Origin: Eledone cirrhosa
Taxonomy: Eukaryota
Direction: 5' to 3'
DNA length: 64,000 bases
Assembly: GCA_964016885.1 (NCBI GenBank)
Contig: OZ024740.1
Span: forward strand, 66,898,001-66,962,000
Part shown: in pieces, positions 13,581 through 29,406 of the stretch
Numbering within the stretch: the first letter of the stretch is position 1
Layout: the number at the start of each line of letters is the position of its first letter
Notes under the pieces: model-generated
Database searches by the model: none
Seen by the model: only the letters and a program-made list of their open reading frames with translations
Told to the model about the DNA's origin: nothing
Made by a program: the position numbers and the translations under genes

Positions 13581-13962
13581 AACGACTGGACCAGAACGCA
13601 TTAAATTTGCACCATAGATGTAACTTTTTTCCGAGAGAGTGAGGGTATTTTTCTCTTCTAAATTTCGTTAAAAATTAAAGATATTTTATCGTTTATATAC
13701 AATTTTTTAAAATTTTCAAATGTCAATGCTTCCGGCTATACGACATTCCTCTCTCTTTCTTAGTCCGTCTTTTTAGATAGATACATAGCTATTACGTCGC
13801 GCCCTTGTAATATGTCTCTATATGTCTGGCTGTCTACATTAGAAACATAACTATAACGTAGCACGCCTATAATATCTGTCTGTCAGGCTGCTTGTCTGCA
13901 TTGACTTCGCTCCTAACTAACTTTTAATTAATTCAGTGCAAATATACCCCACTCCCTCTCAA

Positions 13963-14058
<96 letters not shown>

Positions 14059-14372
14059 GTAGTAATAATAAATGTGCAGACTAAAATCCAAAGAGGGCTC
14101 GATAAGGATAAATATATATCAAATATATAAGAACCCTAGAGAAAATATTGTTCTCATGCTGACGTATTATCTTCGGTGTTTTCCGTTCATTGCCAGGGAA
14201 CGCATTCACGAACCAAAGTATCGTCTCCCTATACAACGTTTTTCGAAATATTTACTTCTGCGTTCACAGATTAATTCTTTTTAGTTTCAGAAAATCCCGT
14301 TAAGGGTGAAAGCAGCCATTCTTTGCTTAAACATTAATCTGTTATTTTAATATCCATATATATATATATGTA

Positions 14373-14467
<95 letters not shown>

Positions 14468-15490
14468 ACGGGGGGGAGGTATGTGTGTGTGTGTGTAACA
14501 GATACATCCAGAATGACCCGAAAAGCCAGAGTGATAAACGGAAATGTTTGCATCAGAGTCACAATTACTAATTTGGTTTTGAAAGGTCTTTCTACCGAGA
14601 GCATAGTCACCATCTATAATTAGACGGGAGATATAAAAGGACAAATATCTTTGGAAAATGTTTTACCTGGATCGCACAGCTTTTCTGTCGTACCTTACTA
14701 TATCTGTTGCGTAATGCATAACGCATATGTACTATAATTGCACAAGCACCGTGTTCAGTTGGGCTTCATCGTTAGATATTATTCTTTTAGAGCTCTATTG
14801 TTTTTTGGATACAATGTGAATGGCCAACCCAGCAAATTCCATACACTTTCTGTAGCATGATATGCTAAATATGAATTTCGAACATCGGCAATTTACTCAC
14901 TCACGCACACTTGCAGAGAGAGAGGAAGAGAGATGCGATTCTTTAGTGGAAGACAATTGTTTAAGATTCTACGCATTGTGGCAGAAGCCCGAAGCTCTAT
15001 TTTTGCGAATGGAAATATTTATCCCAACAGCTATGTCTTCACTGAACTTTTCGGAGTAAAGATTTGGGTGCATATATAATACGATTTAAAGGTAAAGGAA
15101 AAACAGTAATAGATCTGCTTGAAGCAAAAGAAAACAGGAAATACATTTTGCATATTTTCCATTTTTACACCAATTTCGTAAACTAAATGTGTGACGTCTC
15201 GATATTATTGTCTTCAACGGTGAAACATACACCCGCTCCTTCGTATTTTCCGGAATTAGAGTGAAATATAATATTTGTACAATATTGTGAATTATTTTGC
15301 CGACATTTTTAATTGAATAACATGACATGGGAAATAGGTTGAAAGATTGTATTTTAAATTATGGATAGCACTTAGCAAATCAGAATATGTTTGCAAAATA
15401 CTATTTCTTTATCTAATTCGGGCATTCAAGTTGCATCAAGAAACGTTATGGATGTAATTTATTCATCCCTGTTATATTTTATATACATGC

Positions 15491-15585
<95 letters not shown>

Positions 15586-15587
<2 letters not shown>

Positions 15588-16527
15588 AAAACCCACTGTA
15601 CCAATAGGAAATGTATCATATGTAAGGTGAACCGCCGGATAAACTGTAAAACTAGAAACGTAGTCTATAGCATAAGATGTACAGAGGGTACTTGCAGAAA
15701 CATGACAACAACATACATAGGTGAGACAGCTCGTAGCATAGGTGAAAGGATAGACCAACACTGGGGGGAACTAAAAGGACGAAAAAACGGGTCAGTACTA
15801 TACGAACACGCTAGACAACAACATGACGGTAACATAGACAACATAGAAATTAGAATAATATCTAAACATAGAAATGACCCAGCAGATAGGCAAATCAGTG
15901 AGGCCAGTGAAATAGAAATTAGAAGACCAAAGCTAAACAGAAAGAATGAATGGAATAACAACAACACCCAAACAAACAACACTGACCTAAGAGAAGTATA
16001 AATAAGTAAATAAAATAAGATAAATAAATAAATAAATGCATACACAAGCACAATAACAACAAGCACATAAAAAAACACTAGTCACCCATCACACAACAAA
16101 CATAACACTATAGACACACGCAAACGCATGCGCAAAGAAAACAAAATAAAATAAACAAACAAGCAAATAAATAGATAAATATATAGACAGACTGAATAAA
16201 AATGGCGTAGACATACAACACAACAGGAGGAAAATATAACACCACTGACGATGTTGCAGATATGCAACGAAAGATTTATGATAAACTATATATATGTGTT
16301 TGTGTCTATATTGTATCTGTATTATTTTTTGACCGTCGGTCAGTCAATGGCAACATTGAGGACCGAGTAAGTTAGATTACCGATATAAAAGACAGCGAGA
16401 AGCGAAAACCAACCAAACAGTGAGTGTGTTCTGTTATTAATTCTGGCAATATTACACAAATATGACCCTCCCCAAGTATAACAATATTTGTTTCGACACA
16501 CGATTTCATATAAAAAAACTCGCAAAA

Positions 16528-16530
<3 letters not shown>
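15586..16530 (+). mobile_element. PLE 3' fragment (GIY-YIG, 3' UTR with HHR-like core), family G
   Basis: [12 protein letters not shown]...[17 protein letters not shown], then CTGACGA t gttgca gata tgcaac GAAA at 16245-16272. Starts at a (TA)n tract. Closely similar to the 3' part of 49040-51240. Confidence 0.88.
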
Positions 16531-16565
<35 letters not shown>

Positions 16566-16717
16566 TAACAGATTAAGGTTTAAGCAAAGAATCGCTGATT
16601 TCACACTTAACGGGATCTATTTGTCTACGGTTCTTATATATTTGATATATATTTATCCTTATAGAGCCCTCTTTGGATTATAGTCTTCAAATTTATTATT
16701 ATTACTATATATATAAA

Positions 16718-16885
16718 GGGCGGTGAATTGGCAGTATCTGGCAGCACAGTTACGTCCCTTTACGGACTGAGTTCTAATCCCGCCGAGGTTAACTTTGCCT
16801 TTCATCCTTACGGGGTCGATCAAATAAAGTACCAGTAATACACTGAGATAATTGCTGGCCTTGTGCCAAAAGTAGAAACAATTAT
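16718..16885 (+). mobile_element. tRNA-derived SINE, internally deleted
   Basis: Same family as 3000-3186. Confidence 0.75.
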
Positions 16886-16891
16886 TACTAG

Positions 16892-16928
<37 letters not shown>

Positions 16929-17539
16929 AGTTTGTGTGTGCGTACCATATCTATGCATGAATACATATATATATATATATGTGTGTATGTGGATGTGTGA
17001 GTGTGTGTGTGTGCTTGTATGTGTGTCTATGGGTGGGTGTTCTATAAGCGATAGCATTCGCATATGATTATCAAATTGCCTCATATGATAGTTTATAATT
17101 TGTATTTTCATGAATTATGGAATAAAATATATTTTGTCATGCCGGCTACCAAGCATACTGAAGACTACAAAAGTCTTCGGTATGTTATGAAATATGCACT
17201 ACGTGGTTATTATAGCTGAATGTGTTTTCTTGCGTGTTTCTTATTATTAGGATGCGGAATAACTTGAATTATATGTTCTACCTGATAGACAGCATTCTGT
17301 ATTTGTTATATATTTTTGGTTTCAGACTTTCGATACTGCTACAACATCGGTTATATACTTTGATTTAATTTTCATTCTCCCACAATTTTTGGTTATATCA
17401 TTCGATTTCGCTCCATTTATATCAGGGTAATATCTCGTGTTGGTCTCTGAAGTTGATACATATAGATATACATACACACTCACAGACATACATACACACA
17501 CACAAACACTCACACACTTACACATACACACACACACGC

Positions 17540-17572
<33 letters not shown>

Positions 17573-17582
17573 TACATATATA

Positions 17583-17646
<64 letters not shown>

Positions 17647-19249
17647 CATATAATATACATATATATATTTATATACATGTCTGTCTGTTTGTGTTTGTGT
17701 GTGTGTACATATATTTGTGTATGTATGTATGTGGATTTATGCATTTTGGTCGATATATCATATTTCCCTTTTTATGAGAATTCCGATAATGATGTTGGTT
17801 TGTCTTTATACTACTTTCAATATGCTTATCATTGATGTTGTTTGAAAAGTTGATATTGTTGATGTTATCATAACACATATTCAAGTTGGCAGCAAATGCA
17901 TAATTAGCTGTCAATTGATAACATCGTCCATGCTAGAAACTACATAAATTCGGCAGTTAATTTCCTAAATATAAAAATACATTCTACGTAATTGTACGTT
18001 AACAAAAATGCTTATCTGACTCAACTAAAATTATTTCCCCAATAAAACTACGACTGCGTGAATATGTATGAACTTATAAGTTTGACAATTGAATACAATG
18101 TGGGTTAAGCTAGATTGAAAAGTAAACTACCTTCTTTTCACATTACCATACCGTATAGAACGTATGTCAACGTTCTCAACGTTATATTAAGCGAAATATA
18201 TCTAGCTATCTCAGGCGAAGTCAAATCAATATAACACAGGCTTTCAGAAATTGCACGGGTTATAGCATGCTCACGTTTTAAATCAACAATGCTTTATTAT
18301 GTGAACAACTCAATCACTAGTGCATGATTATTGCACTAGCATAACGAGCCAAGATATATTATGAAGATGGAAATTCGGATGACAATATTGAACTGGAAGA
18401 GAATACGTTCAAGACCAGTATTACTCAACACATTGATACGTTCAGGCTGAGACACGTATGAAATCCACCTCCCTTTTCCAGATTCCCGTACATTTGAAAC
18501 TTCAAGAAGAAGCGATTCAGCAACAAGCATAACGTAATATCTATTCGAAACTACAAACTTGTGGTTTAAGGATTATTAGTTATGCTTCCTTTATCTATAA
18601 CAATCCGATGTAGCAATTATTTCAGATTGAAGACGTGAGAACATGAATAATCATAAAATGCTGAAATTATAAACATAATAGTTCAAATATAATGTTATAT
18701 ATCAATACTAAATTCATATTGGAAATATTATAACAATAATCGTCCCTGAAGGGTCACACAAACCTACAACACAGTAATTATTCCTTACTAACAATGGCAT
18801 ACTATTTTATGAGCTTCTTGGTTGCAGGCAAACATCTAAAAAACCATGTACATTTTTTTGCCACAAATCTTTGCCAGATTGTCATGATATGAATAACCTT
18901 AAACATAGGTTTGTCCCATCAGGGTCAACTTATAACTAAACAGGAACAAAATCACTTGTATCGCTAAACAGCACTCTTCCGATTCTATATGCTCCAATCT
19001 CTCTCCCCATATTTCAGAGCAATGAACCAATTAACTATTATTTCTGAATTTTCATAAAAACATATTTATTTTCATTTTGCTTTAAAGTGATATTTTTATT
19101 TCATTGCTCTTTCATATTTTCTCAAATTCAAATGCATATTTTCCTCTATACTATTTTGATATCAATTATATTTTTACGTCCATTATTAGGTTTTTAATGT
19201 GCATTTAACTTCTCCATTATCCTCTAATGTTTGTTATATTTCTTTTTAG

Positions 19250-19478
19250 GTATGGGGTGACGCAGCAACACAAATACTTTTCTCTTTAAGCACAGGTACT
19301 GGTGGATTAATAACGCTATCAAGTTTTAACAAGTTCAAAAATAATTGCTTAAGAGACTCTATTATCCTAACAGTGATTAATGGCGCAACAAGCATATTTT
19401 GTGGTTGCGTTGTATTCTCTATTCTGGGGTTTATGGCTCATGAAAAAGGTGTTCCGGTTTCTACGGTGTCAGAGAAAG
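19250..19478 (+). CDS. SLC6 exon, TM6-TM7
   Basis: Acceptor tctttttAG and donor [82 protein letters not shown](G). 229 nt, phase 0 to 1, in frame with both neighbours. Confidence 0.95.
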
Positions 19479-20121
19479 GTCAGTGAACTTTCTGTATACA
19501 ATTTTCGATAAAATATTTTAAGAATAATTCTGAAAATATATATTTAACTAACAAATACGCACATACTGATTTGGCACTAATATTCTAGTAATATTTTATT
19601 TAGTTGTGTAATCCCAAATCAGCTCTGGTAGAGCATGTTTTTGATATCTGACATAATAAGGTCAGATATAATCATCTTTTTGATAATACTCTGTTTTTGC
19701 GTCTATTTGATACCCATTTCCTTATGGAGGTTCCCACGTTTATTCAAAATCTAAACTTGTGAGAAACATAAATTGAGTATCTCGTATGGTAGACTAATTG
19801 TCTTAGACAATTGATCATGATTTCTGATCGGTGAGGTCTAAATACCTTTAGAATGTGAACGTATACTCATAAAATACATGATGCATATATAGATATAAAG
19901 ACATATAGAATCACATAAATGTGCATTGGTATAAAAGTATTGAATATATAGAGGAAGCGAGATCAGTTGCGATCAAGACAAACATGATTGCAATCTAGTT
20001 TATCGAATCTAAACAATGCACACACACACACAGACACGCAGACTCAGACAAGATACACACATATACACAGACACACACACATATACACACACAAAAACAT
20101 ATATATATATATTTATATATA

Positions 20122-20165
<44 letters not shown>

Positions 20166-20185
20166 TATATATATATATATTTATA

Positions 20186-21660
<1,475 letters not shown>

Positions 21661-21719
21661 CAGAAATTATACCAAATAGGATATAGTAAAACCTAGGTAA
21701 TAGGGATCGAATCTTGTTC

Positions 21720-21965
21720 TAGTTCCATTTGTATTTAGCGAAGGTTTTTAGAACCTTGTGTTTGCAAATAAATATCCTATCGTGCCGGGAATTTAGAAGG
21801 TTCTTTCCGGTCGCTATTTAAATTACCTCTGCAAAACTTAGTTCACAGAGATGTCTTTCATTTCGGTATGGACGTGCACATTTTAGTACGGATCATTGTT
21901 GTGTGTATTCAATATTAGCGCGTTTCAGATCCCAAAATCCTTTTCGCCAAGGCCGTTAATCTAGC
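21720..21965 (-). mobile_element. Decayed PLE GIY-YIG C-terminal fragment
   Basis: Reverse strand TALAKR/WDLKRANIEY...LKCARPY...LCELSFAEVI...LLNSRH...CKH, with stops. Confidence 0.6.
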
Positions 21966-22105
21966 TAAACTGGTTTTTTTTAATGTGTGGGTGTAGACAT
22001 ACCATATTTTCTTGAAAATATTCGAAGTAGAACCCACATATTTATATATCCCAGGTTTAGATTTTACCACACATTAATAAATGCTATTTTATTTATATGT
22101 ATAAT

Positions 22106-22172
<67 letters not shown>

Positions 22173-22177
<5 letters not shown>

Positions 22178-23990
22178 ACTTCCACAGTGCATCTCTAAAG
22201 AATGTGTGTTAGAGGGACTCACATTCATCTTGGAAAACAACTTCTTCGAATTCGATACCAAATACTACAGACAGAAATCTGGGACTGCCATGGGCACGAA
22301 AGTAGCCCCCTCATACGCCAACCTTGTCATGGAATATTTGGAAACCACTCTCTACCGCAAAGTTCTAGAAAAATACGGCAACCACTTCTACCTACACAGA
22401 AAAAAACTGGAAGAGATATCTGGATGACGGCTTCATCCTCTGGCATGAAAGTATAGAAAGACTAATTGAGTTAAAAACCCTTCTGAATGGACTCAAAACT
22501 AACTTACAATTCACAATGGATTACAGCCGTCAAGAACTCCCTTTCCTCGATATCCTCATCAAGAAAACAAACAACAAAATAGAAACAGACATATACAGAC
22601 TCCAAACAGTATATTCCATTTAAATCGTGCCACCCTCGCCATAACAAAATGGCAAATCCTTAGAATCTAGCCAAAAGGATCTGCACAATAGTTTCAGATG
22701 AATACACATGCTACACAGGACTAGAAGAATTAAAGAACACTTCTCAGCAGAAACTACTCACAATCCCTAATCAACAATGGATTCAAACTTGCCATAACAT
22801 TCACCATCCAGGAACTCAGACACCCCAAACCCAGGAATGAACCGCAACAGAAAACTCTACCATAGATCTCCACACACAACCCCCTCAACAATGAAGCATT
22901 CGACACCATCCTCCAGTACATTCCTTTACTAAAAAGAGAACCCAAGAATGAACAAAATCCTCCAAACACACAACATCATAAAGAGCAAAAGACAACATAA
23001 ATCCATAATAAATCCTCACACAAGCCAAAATCCAACCAACCCTCACAATGAACCCTACAGTAAAAATAATGCGGACAGCCCAACTGTGGTATATGCATAA
23101 ATCTAATAGAAGGTTCAACATTCAGCATTTCACAGTTAAATACAACTTTACATGTGCATCTGAAAATCTAACCTATGTTTTGACCTGCTCAGGTTGTCGA
23201 GAGCACTACATAGGACAGACAAAAACCAGCCTGCGACAACGTATGCCCGTCCATAGATCACAAATCAAAATACAGGAATACAGAAAGATTGCTTTTAGTG
23301 AAGATATAGCCAATTGTACACCTAACCAACATCCAAACTTTAAAATTTTCCCCATTTACAAATTCATAGACAACGCTTCTTTCATCCATCGTACCAATAA
23401 GGAAACGTACTTCATTAATAAATTCCAACCTCTACTTAATGGACTAAACTTCGGACTAAACTAAAACTGGAACGAACAATTCCTACGTTCTCTAAAGTGT
23501 TACCTCCCTAACACCCTACCTAATCGCTTTTCTTATATAAATGAATTACTCCCTCTCATTTCTCTCTCCCTACCTGAATTACCCCCCCCCCCTGCATATT
23601 AACTCTCTAAAAAGGGAAATCATATCAAACCCCAGATTACCATTTGCCTCCATTATGGACCAGCCAAGCGCTCTTGCCATAATAACACATTTTGAACTGC
23701 TTATCCTCAAGAACTATGCGTGTAAATAATATTATTCTTTCTTTCCCATTAACTTATTTTTAACACCACCCCTTTTTTTCTTTTTTTCTTTTTACTTCAA
23801 AAACCTTGTTTGTAAATAATATTATTCTTTCTTTCCATTTCTTTAACATGTTCAACATCACATTATTTTCTCTCCAACATTTGATACCAATACAAATTAC
23901 CCCCCTCCCTCCCTTTCATAATGCATAAAATGCTGAAACCTGTAGTAGACAATTATTAAATATATAAATAAATAAATAAATAAATGCCAT
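22173..23990 (+). mobile_element. Decayed PLE (RT and GIY-YIG), 5'-truncated at (TA)n
   Basis: FILENNFFEFDTKYYRQKSGTAMGTKVAPSYANL, WKRYLDD, LPFLDI and FTCASENLTYVLTCSGCREHYIGQT across frameshifts. Confidence 0.9.
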
Positions 23991-23996
23991 TGTTAA

Positions 23997-24529
23997 TCTA
24001 TATATATAAAGCTGTGGTTGTCTGTCTGTCTATCGATTTTTGGCACACATCTCCTCTTAGAATCTCTGACGGAATTGCACCGAAATTGCTATACTTGTAC
24101 ATTGAGCCCTAGCGAAGACATCCGAAAAAAATATTTCAAATTGACCCAGCCTATGTGACGAAATCGAATCTAATGTATCGATTTTTGAGCGTAGTGACGA
24201 GTTATTTCCCTTTGTTCTGTTTACATTGAGCGTCTTACGTTCTTCCGAACACTAAGCTTCCGTTTTGCTTCATTTCCATTTAAAAGCCTTTTAAAACAAT
24301 ATTTTTACTTGAAAACAAGTCTCTTTAAAGACTACGTAAAACAAGCAAATATTTCGTAAAAAAAAGCAAAAATTATATAAGTTTATTTAAAATATATGTA
24401 TCTGTAAATTTCGTTAGGCGTGCAGACAGACAGTCGTGCAGACAGACTTTAAGCCAAAAAAGAAACTTAACATTGTAACTTTAACACAGCTACTGAGCGA
24501 CCCCGAGCAACGCCGGGCTTTACTGCTAG
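23997..24529 (+). mobile_element. Non-autonomous Helitron
   Basis: 5' TC(tatatatataaagc), 3' hairpin cccgagcaacgccggg then CTAG. Inserted between A and T with no target-site duplication. Confidence 0.85.
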
Positions 24530-24897
24530 TTAATAAATAAATTAACTAATACCTTAAGACTTCACACGATGTAAAATATTTTGTTTTAAACATGTTCTAA
24601 CGCAGAAAAAAGATAAAAAGATAAAAGGAAACAAATATATTTTTCTTCTTAATAATCGTCTTTTTCTTCCTGTTTTCATATGTATATATATATATTAGAA
24701 TAACAGATTAAAGTTTAAACAAATAATCGCTGTTTCACCCTTAACAGGATCTTCGTTAAAGGTGAAAGCAGCGATTCTTTGCTTAAACTTAAATCTTTTT
24801 TTTTTATAAATTTTTGCTCTACGGTTCTTATATATTTGATATATATTTATCCTTATCGAGCCCTCTTTAGATTTTAGTCTTCAAATTTATTTTTATT

Positions 24898-24985
<88 letters not shown>

Positions 24986-24989
24986 AAAA

Positions 24990-25355
24990 TATATCAGTTA
25001 ATTTATTCTGTCCTCAATGTTTACCATTGCCTGACCAACGGTCAAAAATACAGATATAATATAGACACACGCACATATATATAGTCTAACAAAGTTCTTT
25101 CGTTGCACATCTGCAACGTCGTCAGTGGTGCTATTATGTTCCTCCTGATGTAGGCGTAGACATACAATACAACAGGAGGAAACATAATAACACCACTGAC
25201 GAAAGAACTTTGTTAGACTATATATATGTTCTTTTGTCTATATTATATCTGTATTTTTGACCGTTGGTCAGACAATGGTAAACATTGAGGACCGAATAAA
25301 TTAACTGATATAAAAGATACAGAAGCGAAAACCAACCAAACAGTGAATGTGCTCT
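24990..25355. repeat. Family G terminal repeat, inverted pair
   Basis: About 24990-25150 is the reverse complement of 25160-25320. HHR-like core on the minus strand at about 25097-25130; the plus copy lacks stem II. Confidence 0.8.
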
Positions 25356-25597
25356 GCTATATATAAAAGATTTTGTTTTGATTCTTTGATTGACATTATG
25401 AAAGAGTCTATAGTTCTGGATAATCAAGGATATAAACGTGTATATCATCCTTCCCTAAAAAGTGGACACACCGCCCCAATTGAATCTTCAAAACATGTTC
25501 GATTTGTGGTTTTCCAAAGACTAAAGAGTTACATAAGGTACACACTATATTAAGAAGGAGATAATCATTTAATTTGCATAGAAAAGTCTTCTACGCG

Positions 25598-25790
25598 ATT
25601 ACAACTGTTTCTCTCGTACGTAATGATCGAATCTGACTCTGAAATCGCAAGGTCGTCAGATACGTCTCGATTTTAGGTAGAATCGAGACGTATCTGACGA
25701 CCTTGCGATTTCAGGGCCAGGTTCGATCATTACATCGATCGTCCCTCGAGCTGGTCCCCAGAGAAACGATTGTAATATGTCTAATAAATT
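25598..25790. repeat. Fold-back repeat containing an HHR with a long stem II insert (plus copy 25686-25782)
   Basis: agacgtat-CTGACGA-(~60 nt)-GAAA-cgattg-TA-atatgtct-AATAAA. About 25620-25672 is the inverted arm. Confidence 0.75.
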
Positions 25791-26184
25791 TTATTCGTTG
25801 CAACAAAGATTCTCTGTTTCTTATGTGATATATATATATACAATATGTTGAGAATGTAACACACCAGAGAGAGATATATAGTGCGTTATCAATAATACAG
25901 GGAAAAAACCACCAGTGTATGGAATCTATAACCTATGAAAGGCAGACTATAAACACGATAATTAAAAATATAAATTAAAGCGTAAATAAATACCTTTATA
26001 ACTATATAATCTCTTCTCCTTTGAGCACATTATTTACAGGGAATAACGACGGCCTATGCCTCCGTTAATTTATCGTGATATATATATATATATATATAAT
26101 TAAAAGTTTAACAAGGTTCAATGAATTCATCAATGAATAAAGTTTCACAATAGATTAGAAGCACTCGACAGTTGGGGTTTTCTG

Positions 26185-27272
26185 GAATTATTAATATTTC
26201 TTCCAGATATTAATAGATATAGACATTCATGTGATCAAATATATTTTATTATACATATTTCAGAGGTACGAGCTATTATTATAGTATAAAAGTCTCCTTA
26301 GATTCAAGTTGATAATTTTTTTTGTACTTAAATTGATGTAAAATTTTAAATACAGTAAAATCTAGTTGAATCAAATTTACAACAGTCTTAACAGTAATTA
26401 TACTATATATAAGTGACTAATATCCTCTTGAACCTTAAAATGTATAGTATATATATAAATTAAAGAAATGTGTATATCTAGATAAATCTGGTTTAATAAT
26501 ATCTTATTAAATACATTTATAAATATACTTGTGATTACTTTTGGAGTTGTGATAAACATAAATTTATCTCTTCGACGTTACATTTGCTTGAACTCTGATA
26601 TAATACAATAATATAAATCCTTTAACATGTTATAGTCTAAAATCTTATGTCATTTGATTAATTGACTATTTCTAATTAACTTAAGATTTGAAAATAAACG
26701 GTCACGCATTATGTGCCTAAATATCCCCCCCCCCCTATATAATTATACGCTATTTATATATTATAATGCATATCTTCCTCCCTTTTTTTATACGATTTAA
26801 CTTATTTTCCTCTCTATCATTTGATCATTTCTCCCTTCTCTTATTCCTACGATCAAATTTCCGTCTTTTTCTCTCTTTCCTCGTGATTTGCTATCTCGAT
26901 CTATCACTTCCACTATCTACAATAATGAGGTATGAATATATTATAATTATTTCAATTTTTAACAGTTATATAAGTTTATGTATTATATATTATTAATTAT
27001 TTATATATCTTTATACACAATCTCATACGCACCCTCTGTATTATATGTAACTTTTCATGTTTCAACTTAAGGTATATAAATATTGAGTTTTGTCATAACT
27101 AATCACTGCCATGACTAAATTATAACCATCAACATAGTCAAGGTATGTCAGGCATCAACTTATTTTATCTGATGTGGACGTACTGTTGAAATAGCTCAGT
27201 ACCTCTGAAATATGTATAATAAAATATATTTGATCACATGAATGTCTACATTTATTAATATTTTGAAGTAAT
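26185..27272. repeat. AT-rich element with ~90-bp inverted ends and a decayed HHR-like motif near 27168-27200
   Basis: 26205-26278 is the reverse complement of 27190-27262. Motif ctgatgt...gaaatagctc. Confidence 0.55.
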
Positions 27273-28139
27273 ATATATATATATATATATATATAGGAAA
27301 AGAGTCAGGACCCCGACGGCTGTGCTCCGGCCGTTTCGACAGCTAGATCTGAACGTTCACATCTAGCTGTCGAAACGGTCCTGACTCTTTTCCTATTACC
27401 CACTCTACTACCCTAAGTATCAAGTACTCTGGTGTGTTATGGTCCACCTGGTTTCTTACCACATTTCCTTCGTTATGTATTTATATGTTTGTGGGTATGG
27501 GTGTGGGTGGGTGCGTGTGTCGGTGCGTGTGTGTGTGTAAGGGCAGTGGATGGGAAAGTCCGTGGCCCCGTGGTTACCCTGATGTAACATAATGTCATGG
27601 TTTCGATATTTCGAGCGGGTTGTATGTTGTGTTATTGATCAAAACTTTTCATTTTGCGTTGTTCTAGCATACTCAGTTGAAAATGAGTACCAGCAGTAGG
27701 TAATGGTTTTATCTCGTGATGGACTGGCATTCTGTCCCAGGGAGTGTCTTCAGCTATTAGTTAGTAACCGCCAAGGAAACCGGATTAAGCACCGGTCTAA
27801 TGAGCCTGTGAGTTGCGATTTAATTTAGTGTGTGTGTGTGTAGAAGTGAGTGCATTCTATACATTCCACAAGACTACATAGATTATAATATACAGGGAGA
27901 AATTGATATGCAAATATATTTTAGATTCAATGTATTGTAAAAATAATATTGGTATAACACATGATATTAATAATATATGAAACATATCTAATAGGAACTT
28001 AATCCATTAAAGCCGACCCTCTTGAGATACTGCACATAACCAAACATTTGCAGACAAAAAAGGAGGTATTCTTAGATTGCTGAAGGATAGATGTGTTTAT
28101 CAATGAATAATTGCCATATAATATTCAGCATATATTTAC

Positions 28140-28255
<116 letters not shown>

Positions 28256-29204
28256 ATGTGTGTGTGTGTATATATACATAATTTTCTCTCTCTCTATATA
28301 TATATATATATTTATTTATATATATATATATCCCTCTTTCTCTTCTCTCTCTCTATCTTTCTCTCTTTATTACTCTCTGCATATATATATATAGCCTGAC
28401 TAGTATCAATTGTGAATCCGTTGCCGAATACCGAATAAACATCAGCAATAATTGTTTCATAATTCTATATTTGTTACTTGGAATTCCTGATAATATAGCA
28501 GACCATTCCATATAATACCATTTCGAGAAGCTATGAAACTGCTAATATCGTGTGACGAAAACATTAAGCTCACGCCGGATCCTAATATAAACAGAATACA
28601 ACGATATTAATCGATTAGCAAGAATGTTTCTGAAAGTATCGATAGTATGTTTGTACGGATTTACATATTTTATTCCAACTTTTCGCTACGAGGATTATTA
28701 CCCTCCGTTCTTTGAAATGTCGAGCATTCATTTTCCCAATCTTTCTTTAATTGTTTGTTTATTCGCGTCGTTATTTTAGTCCCTTTCTATAAGTGTCTGC
28801 GCATAATTCAATATGCGGATGTGTGTGTCTGTCTGATGTGTCTGCTGATGTATGTGTCTGTCTTTGAATATACGCACTACCGTAGAAAAGCAGTATATTA
28901 CTTTCTTAAATGTTTAATTTCCTCGTTCTGACACTGAGGCGCTATCATACAAGACTTCAAATAAGGGCTGCAGAACTCCCAACTGTTTCGATTATGTTCC
29001 TAATTCAATTTTCAATAGACATTAATAGTTAGTGTGATATGGGGCGTGTGTTTTCATTAATTGTAATATTTTGTTTATATATTTGTCTGGTTGCCACTTT
29101 TCCATCTCTGTACACATGCGTATTTATGTATGTTTTATATCTATATATATATTACTCTTTTAATTTTTACCTTTACCACGGAAATACTTAACACTTAAAA
29201 CATG

Positions 29205-29248
<44 letters not shown>

Positions 29249-29323
29249 TGACTTGAATTTAAACATCAAGTGCTCACCTGGGTGAACCTACAGTAACTTC
29301 ATGTTACATTCCCTGGTTATATA

Positions 29324-29405
<82 letters not shown>

Positions 29406-29406
<1 letters not shown>

